NCBI GenBank assembly: GCA_965200965.1
Contig: OZ241744.1
Location: 2,112,001-2,176,000 of the forward strand
Reading direction: 5' to 3'
Length of the DNA stretch: 64,000 nucleotides
Origin: an uncultured Candidatus Binatia bacterium
GTDB lineage: Bacteria > Desulfobacterota > Binatia > Bin18
Shown here: positions 52,340 through 62,138 of the stretch, piece by piece
Numbering within the stretch: position 1 is the stretch's first letter
Layout of the letters: each line of letters starts with the position of its first letter
Made by a program: the position numbers and the translations under genes
Notes under the pieces: model-generated
Seen by the model: the letters and a program-made list of their open reading frames with translations, nothing else
Databases searched by the model: none
What the model was told of the DNA's origin: nothing

Positions 52340-53221
52340 TCATACCCCGTGTGCCCGCTCAACCGTGGGCAGAACCCGGTCAATCCAGGCCATTGCCCCG
52401 CCGTCCGCAATCTCCGTACCCATCTGCTGGGAGAAGGTCACAACGCCCCGCGCCCCGGCGTCCCGGTAGCGTTTGAGCTCGTCCCGAGACGGGCCGTCTT
52501 GTCCAGGATCAACAATAACCGTGATGTTCAGGCTGTCCGGGTCACGGCCGGCCTCTCTGGTCAACTGTCTCAGGCTGCGTATCTGCCTGTCACAAGCGTC
52601 CGGGCTGTGGACCAGCGGAAACCAGCCGTCATAGCTGCGCGCCACCCGTTCCAGGGCTTTTGGGCCGTGCGCGCCGAGCAGAACCGGCGGTCCGCCGGGC
52701 TGGACCGGCTTGGGTTCACAGCGGACAGGCGGGAAGCGGACCAGGTCGCCCTCATAGCCGGCTTCACCCTGGGTCCACAGGACTTTCATCGCCTCAACCG
52801 TCTCCCGCATCCGCTTCCAGCGCAGCCGGAACTCGGTTCCCAGCACCTCGGTTTCTTCCCGCAGCCAGCCCGCTCCCGCTCCGATTATCACCCGGCCCCC
52901 GGCATACAGGTCAAGACTGGCTATGGTCTTGGCCGTGACCAGCGGCTCCCGCTCGGGCAGCAGACAGATGCCGGTCCCCAGCTTGATCCTGTTGGTGACG
53001 GTCGCCGCTACGGTCAGGGCGATAAACGGGTCGGCCCAGCGGTTGTAGTGCTCCGGCAGCTGCCCGTCCGCGGCCGCGGGAAAAGGGGTCTGATGCCCCA
53101 CCGGGATAACCGGATGCTCAGGTATCCACAACGAATCAAACCCCTCGGCTTCAACCCGTCGGGCGACTTCGGCCAGATCGCCGCTCTGGGCGGTGGCGGT
53201 CACTAAAACGCCGACTTCCAT
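52340..53221 (-). CDS. LLM class F420-dependent-type oxidoreductase
   Basis: GFDSLWIPEH, DPFIAL, IKLGTGI, GAGAGWLREE, PKPVQ; start 53221 after AGGAGG. Confidence 0.9.
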   Translation of the reverse strand: MEVGVLVTATAQSGDLAEVARRVEAEGFDSLWIPEHPVIPVGHQTPFPAAADGQLPEHYNRWADPFIALTVAATVTNRIKLGTGICLLPEREPLVTAKTIASLDLYAGGRVIIGAGAGWLREETEVLGTEFRLRWKRMRETVEAMKVLWTQGEAGYEGDLVRFPPVRCEPKPVQPGGPPVLLGAHGPKALERVARSYDGWFPLVHSPDACDRQIRSLRQLTREAGRDPDSLNITVIVDPGQDGPSRDELKRYRDAGARGVVTFSQQMGTEIADGGAMAWIDRVLPTVERAHGV

Positions 53222-53297
53222 ACTCGTGCCCTCCTGCTGCACAGCGCTGCCGTCTTCCATACCAGGGGCGATGCTGACGGCCAAGCAGCCCTTTTTA

Positions 53298-53326
53298 TTG
53301 ACAGCCCCGGCCCCGGCGCATAGGTT
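53298..53326 (+). promoter_or_regulatory. Putative sigma70 promoter of the MFS gene (possibly leaderless)
   Basis: TTGACA-17 nt-TAGGTT ending just upstream of the predicted start at about 53333. Confidence 0.55.
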
Positions 53327-53332
53327 CAGCGG

Positions 53333-54598
53333 GTGTTATCCAAGCCGTCCCCCCTGGCCCCCAAAGCACTCCAGGGCCCCGACCGGCAACTGCCCTACAG
53401 CCTGCGCGCCCTCCAACACCGCAACTTCCGGCTGTTCTTCGTCGGTCAGTTTGTCTCCCGGACCGGCTTCTGGATGCAGAACATGGCCCAGGGCTGGCTG
53501 GTCTATCAACTGACCCAGTCGTCCTTCATGCTCGGCCTCGTCGCCTTTGCCGGTCAATTCCCCACCCTGCTGCTCGGCCTGCTGGCCGGCGTGGTGGCCG
53601 ACCGCTTCAACCGCTACTCCGTCATCCTGCTGATGCTGGTGCTGGCCATGCTCCAGGCCGCGGCGCTGAGCGTCTTGACGCTGGGCGGCTGGATTACCGC
53701 CTGGCAGGTGTTTTTTCTGGCCCTGTTCGCCGGCACGGTCCAGACCTTTGAGATGCCGGCCCGGCAGAGTTTTCTGATGGAAATCGTGGGCCGGGAGGAC
53801 CTGCCGAGCGCGATCGCCCTCAACTCGGCCCTGGTCAACGGGGCACGGATTACCGGCCCGGCCCTGGCCGGACTGATTGTCGCCGAGGCCGGTGAAGGAG
53901 CGTGTTTTCTGGTCAACACGCTGTCCTACCTGGCCATTATCGGCGGATTTCTGGCCATGCGTCCGCCGGCCTGGACCCGGCCGGCCTCTCCCCACCGCTC
54001 GGTATGGGCGTTTATCCGTGAGGGGCTGGTCTACGCCGTCCGCACGCCGGCCGTCCGCCTGCTCCTTATTGTCATCGGCCTCGTCAGCCTGTTCAGCGCA
54101 CCCTACACCGTCCTCATGCCGGTGTTTGCCGAGGATATCCTGCACGGCGGCCCGAGCGGGATGGGCGTGCTGATGGGTGCCGCCGGGCTTGGTGCCGTCG
54201 TCGGGGTCAGTTTTCTGGCCAGGCATCGGGGAACGGACACCCTCGGCCGGGCGGTCGTCTTTGCCCTGCTCCAGCTCGGCCTTGGGCTTCTTCTCTTTGC
54301 TCTGTCCCGCAAACTGTGGCTGTCGGTGCTGATCCTGCCCCTGGTCGGCTCGGGCTTCATGGTCCCGCTGGCCGCGGTCAACACCCTGCTGCAAACGATC
54401 GCGCCCGATCACCTGCGGGGCCGGATCATGAGCCTGTTCTTCATCATGTTCATGGGCGCTTCGCCGGTCGGCAGCCTGCTGTCAGGCAGCTTGGCCCCGT
54501 ATATCGGCGCTCCGCTGACGGTCGGGCTGACCGGGCTGAGCTGCCTCGGTGCCGCGGTGTGGCTGAGCCTGAACCTGCACCTTCTCCAGAGCAAGTGA
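53333..54598 (+). CDS. MFS transporter (MFS_3/DHA3-like)
   Basis: ALQHRNFRLFF, GVVADRFNR, MPARQS, LRGRIMSL; many TM helices. Confidence 0.92.
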   Translation: MLSKPSPLAPKALQGPDRQLPYSLRALQHRNFRLFFVGQFVSRTGFWMQNMAQGWLVYQLTQSSFMLGLVAFAGQFPTLLLGLLAGVVADRFNRYSVILLMLVLAMLQAAALSVLTLGGWITAWQVFFLALFAGTVQTFEMPARQSFLMEIVGREDLPSAIALNSALVNGARITGPALAGLIVAEAGEGACFLVNTLSYLAIIGGFLAMRPPAWTRPASPHRSVWAFIREGLVYAVRTPAVRLLLIVIGLVSLFSAPYTVLMPVFAEDILHGGPSGMGVLMGAAGLGAVVGVSFLARHRGTDTLGRAVVFALLQLGLGLLLFALSRKLWLSVLILPLVGSGFMVPLAAVNTLLQTIAPDHLRGRIMSLFFIMFMGASPVGSLLSGSLAPYIGAPLTVGLTGLSCLGAAVWLSLNLHLLQSK

Positions 54599-54811
54599 AG
54601 AGCAAGCGCAGTACTGCTGCTCGCCCCATGACGGCGTATCCGCACTCCACTTCCCGACTGAACGCCTGCTCATTGCGTCCATTGCAAAAGCTGCGGCCCT
54701 TGTGCTAGGGGTCAGGCATGTCTGGCCAGAAAATGGCACCCGGCGTAGAGATGTCGCGTCATTTTCTGGTTTCACCACCAGCCTGCTCACCTGAGCAAAA
54801 AGGAGGATCGC

Positions 54812-56554
54812 ATGGCTGATTATGACCTGCTTATCAAAAACGGCACAATCATCGACGGCTTGCGGATGCCCGCCTACCGTGGGGACATCGGTATCCGGAC
54901 CGGGAAAATTGCCACTATGGGCAATATCCAGGGCAGCGCCCAGCGCGTTATTGATGCCACCGGCTTGATTGTGGCCCCGGGGTTTATGGACATTCACACC
55001 CACTACGACGCGGCGCTTACCGGCTGGGACCCCTACGCCACGCTGTCAGGCTGGCACGGTGTGACAACGGTCGCCATCGGCAACTGCGGCTTCGGCTTTG
55101 CGCCGGTCCATCCAGAGGACCGCGAGCGGGCCATGCTGCGCATGGAACGGACAGAGACGATCCCCCTGTCCATTATGCAGGCGTCAATGCGCTGGGACTG
55201 GGAGACCTTTCCCGAATTCCTGGACAGCATTGAGCGCCACGGCACAGGGGTGAATGCGGCCTCGCTCATTCCCTACTCTCCGCTGCGCGCCTGGGTAATG
55301 GGCACAGACGCAGCACGGGACCCCAACTACACCGCCACCCAGGAGCAGGTCAACCAGATGAAGCACCTGGTACGAGAAGGCATGGAGGCCGGCGGCTTTG
55401 GCTTCTCGGCCAGCTTCAGCATGGCCAACCGCGACTACGACGGCGGCTATCTGCCGACCCATGTGGCCCCGCGCGAAGAATTTCTGGAAATGGCCAAGGT
55501 CATGCGCGAGTTCAACCGGGGATCAATCGAGTGGACCATGGGCCACGCCCTGCAAGGTTTGGGGCGGGATTTCCTGGTTGAACTGGCCAGGACCAGCGGC
55601 CGGCCGGTGAACTGGAACGCCATTATCTATGATCCGACCAACCCGAGTGCCTGGCGCAACCAACTGGAATGGACAGAAGAAGTGTTTCGTGAGGCCGTGG
55701 TGCTGCCGGTCAATATCTGCCTGCCGATCGAATTTGAGTTCAAATTTGAGACCGTAGGGCTTTTTGACCAGTTGCCAGCCTGGAACGAAGCCACGGTCGG
55801 CAGCCACGAAGAGCGCAAAGCCAAGCTGTCTGACCCGGCCCGGCGGGCGGCCCTCAGGCAGGATATGGAACAGACCCCAACGGTCATGGAGAAGAGGCAC
55901 CACGACGGTGAGGCGGCCCAGATCTCTCTCTTCAATTGGGACAAGACAACAATTGCTGAGGTGTGTCTGGACAAGAACAAACACCTGGAGGGTCGAACTA
56001 TCGCCGAGCTCGCCAAAGAGCAGGGCAAACATCCGGTTGACACCATGCTGGACCTGGCAGTCGAGGAGAACCTGGGAACCGAATTTGCCCTGCAAGACTT
56101 TATCAATGGCGATGAGGACGCGGTCAGCGAGATTGTCAAGCACCCGCTCACCCTGATCGGCGCTTCGGATGGCGGCGCTCACACCAAGTTCCTGACCACC
56201 GGCCGCTATCCGACCCACTTCCTGGGCCACTGGGTGCGCGACAGGCAGCTCATGTCACTCGAAGAGGCGCACTGGCGGCTGTCCACCATGCTGGGCTGGG
56301 CCATCGGCATCCGCGACCGTGGCTGGCTGCGTGAGGGAATGCCGGCAGACATCGTCGTCTACGATCTGGACAAGCTGCGCGTATTGCCAATGGAGACCGT
56401 AACCGACCTGCCGAACAAGGACTGGCGGCGGGTCCAGAAGGCCGAGGGCTACCACTATACGATCGTGAACGGAGCCGTCACCTTTGAGGGTCAGCAATGC
56501 ACCGGGGCGCTGCCGGGCAAGATGCTGCGCAGCTACGATATGGCAGCCGAATAA
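54812..56554 (+). CDS. N-acyl-D-amino-acid deacylase-like amidohydrolase
   Basis: APGFMDIHTHYD, HGVTTVAIGNCG, SDGGAH, ADIVVYD. Confidence 0.9.
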   Translation: MADYDLLIKNGTIIDGLRMPAYRGDIGIRTGKIATMGNIQGSAQRVIDATGLIVAPGFMDIHTHYDAALTGWDPYATLSGWHGVTTVAIGNCGFGFAPVHPEDRERAMLRMERTETIPLSIMQASMRWDWETFPEFLDSIERHGTGVNAASLIPYSPLRAWVMGTDAARDPNYTATQEQVNQMKHLVREGMEAGGFGFSASFSMANRDYDGGYLPTHVAPREEFLEMAKVMREFNRGSIEWTMGHALQGLGRDFLVELARTSGRPVNWNAIIYDPTNPSAWRNQLEWTEEVFREAVVLPVNICLPIEFEFKFETVGLFDQLPAWNEATVGSHEERKAKLSDPARRAALRQDMEQTPTVMEKRHHDGEAAQISLFNWDKTTIAEVCLDKNKHLEGRTIAELAKEQGKHPVDTMLDLAVEENLGTEFALQDFINGDEDAVSEIVKHPLTLIGASDGGAHTKFLTTGRYPTHFLGHWVRDRQLMSLEEAHWRLSTMLGWAIGIRDRGWLREGMPADIVVYDLDKLRVLPMETVTDLPNKDWRRVQKAEGYHYTIVNGAVTFEGQQCTGALPGKMLRSYDMAAE

Positions 56555-56742
56555 GCCGGGCAGGGGTTGTCCTGCTGTAACCGTCCATGCCAGCGCCGGG
56601 TTCTCACCCGGCGTTTTGCTCTCTCGACAGAGCGGTATCCGGTCCAGCGCTTCCACGGTCTCACCGCATATTGATTTCGCACAAGAAAAGCTGCTACAAG
56701 CATCGGCGTCCGAACGCTCACTCGAACCAGGAGGACAACACG

Positions 56743-57213
56743 ATGCCGGTAGAAGAAGGAAAGGCCGCCCCGGCCTTTCACCTCACAGACACGGCCGGGA
56801 ACACGGTCTCCCTCAAGGATTTCACAGGCCAGGACCTTATTGTCTACTTCTATCCCAAGGACGACACCCCCGGCTGCACCAAAGAAGCCTGCGGTTTTCG
56901 GGATGTGTGGCAAGCCATCCAGCAGTGCGGCGCAACGGTGCTCGGCATTTCGCCCGATGATGCAGCCTCACACCAGAAATTCGTCTCCAAACACCAACTG
57001 CCATTTCCCCTGTTGTGCGACCCCGACAAAAAAGTCATGACCAGGTACGGGGCTTACGGCGAAAAAATGATGTACGGCAAAAAGACGCTTGGCGTCATTC
57101 GTTCAACGGTCTGGGTGGGGCCAGACGGGAAAGTAAAAAAGCACTGGAAAAGAGTTGCCAAAGCCGCAGATCATCCCCGGAAAGTTTTAGACGCCCTGAC
57201 CCAGGCCGACTGA
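56743..57213 (+). CDS. bcp: Peroxiredoxin BCP/PrxQ
   Basis: YFYPKDDTPGCTKEACGFRD; AGGAGG SD before ATG 56743. Confidence 0.93.
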   Translation: MPVEEGKAAPAFHLTDTAGNTVSLKDFTGQDLIVYFYPKDDTPGCTKEACGFRDVWQAIQQCGATVLGISPDDAASHQKFVSKHQLPFPLLCDPDKKVMTRYGAYGEKMMYGKKTLGVIRSTVWVGPDGKVKKHWKRVAKAADHPRKVLDALTQAD

Positions 57214-57267
57214 CATCCCGGGAGCCGTTCGGGCAGACGGCGACCCACAACAACAGTGGAGGCGAGC

Positions 57268-58671
57268 ATGAACACAGACGGATGCAGACCGGGCAGAGCC
57301 GGTTGGCTGCTGGCGGTGGTGGTGTTGCTGCTGCCGGGCAACGCCTGGGCGGCCGTAGGCGAGGAGACGCAGTTTATCCTCAACACCTTCTCGTTTTTGC
57401 TCTGGGGGGCCCTGGTGATGTGGATGTGTGCCGGCTTCACCATGCTGGAGTCCGGCTCGGTGCGCACCAAGAACGCCTCAGTGATCTGTCTCAAGAACAT
57501 CGGCCTGTACTCCATTGCCGGGCTGGCCTACTACATCATTGGCTACAACCTCATGTATGTTGATGTCGGGGCCTGGATCGGCTCTGTGACCTTGCTCTAC
57601 GGACCGTCGCCCGATGAGCTGGCCCTGCTGTCCGGCTCGGCAGAGGCCGAGGCCGCAGTTGTCGGCAACAACTACTCCACCATGTCCGACTGGTTCTTTC
57701 AGATGGTCTTTGTGGCCACCGCCGCCTCCATTGTGTCCGGCACCCTGGCCGAGCGGGTCAAGCTGTACTCCTTCCTGCTCTTCACCGCCGTGCTCACAGC
57801 CCTCATCTATCCTGTTGTCGGGGCCTGGACCTGGGGTGGGGGCTGGCTCAATCAGCTCGGTTTTCAGGATTTCGCCGGCTCCACCATCGTCCATTCAACC
57901 GGCGGCTGGGCCGCCCTGGCCGGGGCTATACTCGTCGGGCCGAGGGTCGGCAAGTTCCGGGCCGACGGCAGTATCAAACCCACGCCGCCCTCAAATGTCC
58001 CGTTTGTCACCTTGGGCGTGCTCATCCTGTGGTTTGGCTGGCTGGGGTTCAACGGCGGCTCACAACTCGCCCTTGGCGGTGTGAGCGACGCGGTGGCGAT
58101 GAGCAATGTGCTGGCCAATACCAACCTGGCCGCGTCCGCGGGGGTCGTGACCGCCCTGTTTGCCTCACGGCCCATACTCGGACGGATCGACCTGCTGGCC
58201 ATCCTCAACAGCGCCATTGCCGGCCTGGTCGCCATCACCGCCGGCCCGGACATTGTACAACAGCACTGGGCGGTCATCATCGGGGCGATTGGCGGGCTGG
58301 TGAGTCTGGGCAGCACAAAGCTGCTGGAGACGGTCAGGCTGGACGATGTGGTCGGCGCAATACCGGCCCATCTGGGCGCTGGTATCTGGGGCACACTGGC
58401 GGTGTGTATAGCCGCTGGCGGCAACCTTGGCGTCCAACTCCTGGGGGTGCTGGCGGTGGGGGTGTTCTCCTTCGGCACTTCATGGCTGATGTGGGCGGCC
58501 CTGGACAAGAGCTTGGGCGTCCGCGTCTCGCGTTCTGTCGAAGAGGTCGGCCAGGATTCAATGGAACTCGGTATTGAAGCCTACCCCGAGTTTGTGATTA
58601 TGCCCGACCCGGACGATGTTGATGAATTGCGTACCGGCCAGGCCGAGGCGTCCGAGGAGCCGAAGAGTTGA
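57268..58671 (+). CDS. amt: Ammonium transporter
   Basis: AGFTMLESG, FFQMVF, DFAGSTIVH, GWLGFNGGS, DDVVGAIPAH. Confidence 0.95.
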   Translation: MNTDGCRPGRAGWLLAVVVLLLPGNAWAAVGEETQFILNTFSFLLWGALVMWMCAGFTMLESGSVRTKNASVICLKNIGLYSIAGLAYYIIGYNLMYVDVGAWIGSVTLLYGPSPDELALLSGSAEAEAAVVGNNYSTMSDWFFQMVFVATAASIVSGTLAERVKLYSFLLFTAVLTALIYPVVGAWTWGGGWLNQLGFQDFAGSTIVHSTGGWAALAGAILVGPRVGKFRADGSIKPTPPSNVPFVTLGVLILWFGWLGFNGGSQLALGGVSDAVAMSNVLANTNLAASAGVVTALFASRPILGRIDLLAILNSAIAGLVAITAGPDIVQQHWAVIIGAIGGLVSLGSTKLLETVRLDDVVGAIPAHLGAGIWGTLAVCIAAGGNLGVQLLGVLAVGVFSFGTSWLMWAALDKSLGVRVSRSVEEVGQDSMELGIEAYPEFVIMPDPDDVDELRTGQAEASEEPKS

Positions 58672-58701
58672 AGCGCCGGCCTGCGAGAAAGGAAGAGTTT
58701 C

Positions 58702-59463
58702 ATGGCAGGAGTTATTGACGGCAAAGTCGCGCTGATAACGGGTGGCAGCGGTGGCATTGGCCGGGCGAGCTCGCTGGAGTTTGCCCGGCAGGGGGCCAAG
58801 GTCGTGGTGGCGGACCTGCTCGTTGAGGCCGGCCAGGAGACGGTTCAGCTCATCAGAGCTGCCGGTGGCGAAGCCACATTTGTCAAAACCGATGTGACCG
58901 AGGCGGCTCAGGTCAAAGCCCTGGTAGGGCAAACGCTTGAGACCTGCGGCCGTCTTGACTGCGCGTTTAATAACGCCGGCATTGAAGGCGGCATGGCCAA
59001 GACCGGCGACTACGCCGAAGACCGCTGGGACCAAGTCATCGCCATTAACCTCAAGGGCGTGTGGCTGTGCATGAAGTACGAAATCCAGCACATGCTCGGC
59101 CACGGCGGCGGGGCAATTGTCAACACCGCTTCGGTCGCCGGCCTCGTCGGCTTTCGCTACGGCCCGGCCTATGTGGCCAGCAAACACGGGGTGAACGGCC
59201 TGACCAGGACCGCGGCCCTGGAATATGCCAAGGCCGGCATCCGGGTCAACGCCGTGTGCCCTGGGGTCATCAGAACGCCGATGTTTGAGCGCGGTGTGCA
59301 GAAAAACCCCGGCCTTGAAGAGCGCTTTGCCGCGGTCCATCCCATTGGACGGATTGGCCAGCCAGAGGAAATCGCCCGGGCCGTGGTCTGGTTGTGTTCC
59401 GCCGCGGCCTCGTTTGTGACCGGAACCCAGCTGCCGGTCGATGGCGGGTTTGTGGCCCAGTAA
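58702..59463 (+). CDS. Short-chain dehydrogenase/reductase
   Basis: TGGSGGIG, NNAG, YVASKHG, VDGG. Confidence 0.94.
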   Translation: MAGVIDGKVALITGGSGGIGRASSLEFARQGAKVVVADLLVEAGQETVQLIRAAGGEATFVKTDVTEAAQVKALVGQTLETCGRLDCAFNNAGIEGGMAKTGDYAEDRWDQVIAINLKGVWLCMKYEIQHMLGHGGGAIVNTASVAGLVGFRYGPAYVASKHGVNGLTRTAALEYAKAGIRVNAVCPGVIRTPMFERGVQKNPGLEERFAAVHPIGRIGQPEEIARAVVWLCSAAASFVTGTQLPVDGGFVAQ

Positions 59464-59477
59464 GAGAACCGCATAGA

Positions 59478-61877
59478 CTAATACAACACCCGCCGCTCTC
59501 TCAACTGAGCGATGCGCTCATCAGCATAGCCCAGGACATCCCGCATGACCTGCTCGGTATGCTGGCCGAGCAGCGGTGCCGGGGCCTGCACCCCGTTTGG
59601 CGATTCGGTCAGCAACCAGGGAATGCCGGTATGCTTGCGGACGCCGACCTCGGCGTGCGGCAGCTCAACAAAGAAACCCCGCTGCTTGAGATGCGGGTCG
59701 TCGGCCAGGTCTTTGCTGTTCATGGACGGAAAGGCGGCCACTCCCGCTGCCTGCAAGGTCTGTGTCAGCTGCCACTTGTCGCGCTTTTCGGTCCAGGCGG
59801 TGACGATGTTTTCCAGCGCGTCCTCGTTGGCCTTGCGGTCTTGAACGGTGCGGAAACGGGCGTCTGTGCCCAGCCCGGCCTGATCCATAGCCCGGCACAA
59901 CGCCCTCCACTCGGCGTCGTTGCCGCAGGCAATTGACACCCATTCGTCCTCGCCGGCGCACCGAAAACAGGTATGAGGGGCCATCAGCGGGTCGAGGTTC
60001 CCACGGCGGGCAGGTTCAAGGCCGTTCATGGCGTAGTCCATCCAGCCCTCGGGCACCAGCGCAGCCACCGACTCCCACAGGGAAACGTCAATGTACTGGC
60101 CTTTGCCGGTCCGTTTTCGGGCGGCCAGAGAAGCGGTCACGGCCACCGCGGCATGGATGCCGCTGTTGGGGTCGCCGTAGGAAATGCCGACCTCCTGGGG
60201 CGGACCGCCGGCATAGCCGGTCATGGCCGACAGCCCGGTCAGCGGCGCAATGGCCGGGCCGTAGCCCATATAGTTCTTGAGCGGGCCGCTATGCCCATAG
60301 CCGGAAATCGAGGCCATGATGATGTCGGGTTTGATCTTCACCAGGTCGTCATAGCCCAGGCCGAGGCGCTCCATCACCCCGGTCGCAAAATTATCGACCA
60401 CCACATCACTGTTTTGAATCAACTCCTTGACCACGGCCAGGCCCTCGGGGGTGGAGAAGTTGATCAGCACACTCTTTTTGCCCAGGCTCCACTGGTTGAA
60501 CAGCCCTGAGCGGTTCACCCCTGCTTCCATGCCCGTGGGATAGAGCGGCAGGCGACGGGTGACATCAATGCGGGTGTTGGACTCGATCTTGATGACCTCG
60601 GCTCCCAGGTGGCTGAGATACATAGTCCCGTAGGGTCCGGCCCATACCCAGGTGAAGTCGGCCACGCGAACGCCCTCAAGGGGACGGCGCATTGCGGGGC
60701 TGGGGGCCGGGGGCCGGGGAGCGGGGGCTGGAGGCAGCGCGCGCAGGACCTCGTCGGTGTGCTCGCCCAAGAGCGGGGCTGGACGGCGGACCTGCCACCA
60801 CGGCTCGCGCAGCTGGTAGGGCGGGCCAAGCTGGGTGACGGTCCCGGCGTGTGGCTGGCTCACATCAACAAAGAAGTGTCTGGACCGCAGCTGTTCCTGT
60901 TTGCTGAGCTGTTCCATGCCGAACACCGGCGCAAAACAGATCCGCCGTGACTGGGCCTCGTGCCACAACTCTTCAACCGTCCAGTCCTTGACCCATTCGT
61001 CCAGGTACATTTTCATCACGTCCTGGTTTTTAGAACGCTGGGTGGCGTCGGCAAAAATCTCCCAGCCGGCCCACTCAGGATTGCCCATCAACTCGACAAT
61101 CCGCTCCCACTGGTCTTCTTCAACCGCCAGAATGAAAATCAGCCCGTCTTTGCACTCAAAGATGCCCCACGGGTACAGCAGCCGTTTTCCTAAACGCGAG
61201 GCGATCCGGTCGCTGTACGAGTAGTAGACAAAGTTCTGCTCCAGAAAGGCGGCGATGAAGGCCTGGGTGGACAGGTCGATATGCTCCCCACAGCCGGTGT
61301 CCAAGGCCCGCTGATAGGCCGCCAGGGCCGCCATAGCGCCGGACACGCCGCCCTGGAAGTCGCACTGGTGGCCGGCGACTTTCAAGGGCGGGAGGTCTGG
61401 AAAGTCCGACGCGCCGGGACTCAGCCAGCCCCAGCCGCCGGCGTGGGACACATTCAGCTCATAGGCCCTGTAGTCTTTGTACGGCCCGCTCAGACCAAAA
61501 GGGGTGATCGAACACATGACCAGCCGGGGGTTGAGCTGCCGGAAGGCACCATAGTCAATGCCCCGCTCGGCCATCTGGGCGGCCGGGTAGTTGTGGACCA
61601 CGATATCGGCCCAGGCGACGAGCTGGGCCAGCCGGTCCTGGTGGCGGGTCAGATCAAGCGTGATGCCCCGCTTATTGGTATTCAGGGCCAGGAACAGGCC
61701 GCTCTTTTCCGGGTCGGCCAGCCCGCGGGGGAAAGGCCCACGCTGCCGGGCCGGGTCTCCGCCCGGTTCTTCGACCTTGACCACATCGGCCCCGAGGTCG
61801 GCCATGATTTTGCCGGCGTATGCGGCCGAGACCAGTTCTCCCAATTCTACCACCTTGACACCTTCGAGTCCTTGCAT
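59478..61877 (-). CDS. Two-domain CaiB/BaiF class III CoA transferase
   Basis: Two LEGVxV...LGAxVxKxE units, each ending in APLLGxHT. Confidence 0.93.
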   Translation of the reverse strand: MQGLEGVKVVELGELVSAAYAGKIMADLGADVVKVEEPGGDPARQRGPFPRGLADPEKSGLFLALNTNKRGITLDLTRHQDRLAQLVAWADIVVHNYPAAQMAERGIDYGAFRQLNPRLVMCSITPFGLSGPYKDYRAYELNVSHAGGWGWLSPGASDFPDLPPLKVAGHQCDFQGGVSGAMAALAAYQRALDTGCGEHIDLSTQAFIAAFLEQNFVYYSYSDRIASRLGKRLLYPWGIFECKDGLIFILAVEEDQWERIVELMGNPEWAGWEIFADATQRSKNQDVMKMYLDEWVKDWTVEELWHEAQSRRICFAPVFGMEQLSKQEQLRSRHFFVDVSQPHAGTVTQLGPPYQLREPWWQVRRPAPLLGEHTDEVLRALPPAPAPRPPAPSPAMRRPLEGVRVADFTWVWAGPYGTMYLSHLGAEVIKIESNTRIDVTRRLPLYPTGMEAGVNRSGLFNQWSLGKKSVLINFSTPEGLAVVKELIQNSDVVVDNFATGVMERLGLGYDDLVKIKPDIIMASISGYGHSGPLKNYMGYGPAIAPLTGLSAMTGYAGGPPQEVGISYGDPNSGIHAAVAVTASLAARKRTGKGQYIDVSLWESVAALVPEGWMDYAMNGLEPARRGNLDPLMAPHTCFRCAGEDEWVSIACGNDAEWRALCRAMDQAGLGTDARFRTVQDRKANEDALENIVTAWTEKRDKWQLTQTLQAAGVAAFPSMNSKDLADDPHLKQRGFFVELPHAEVGVRKHTGIPWLLTESPNGVQAPAPLLGQHTEQVMRDVLGYADERIAQLRERRVLY

Positions 61878-61979
61878 GCCGTCCCCTCCCTCGCATCTCG
61901 CACGAATTCTCAGCCGGCCATGATAACCGGCTGCCGTGGCTTTTCAACACACCGCCGGCTTTTGTACCCTGCGGCCAGG

Positions 61980-62090
61980 GTGTTAGGCAGACACCCCGCA
62001 AGGAACGAGAACCCACCGTAAACTTAGAGTTTGAATCACGCTCAGGGGTGAATGTGTTAGGCAGACACCCCGCAAGGAACGAGAACCCAC
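61980..62090. CRISPR. Orphan mini-CRISPR-like unit: 37-bp repeat, 37-bp spacer, 37-bp repeat
   Basis: GTGTTAGGCAGACACCCCGCAAGGAACGAGAACCCAC identical at 61980-62016 and 62054-62090; spacer CGTAAACTTAGAGTTTGAATCACGCTCAGGGGTGAAT. No third repeat and no cas genes in the window. Confidence 0.5.
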
Positions 62091-62138
62091 GGGGCGGAGC
62101 AAGGTTTTCCCTGATTCCCGACGAAGCCCCCCGGAGGG

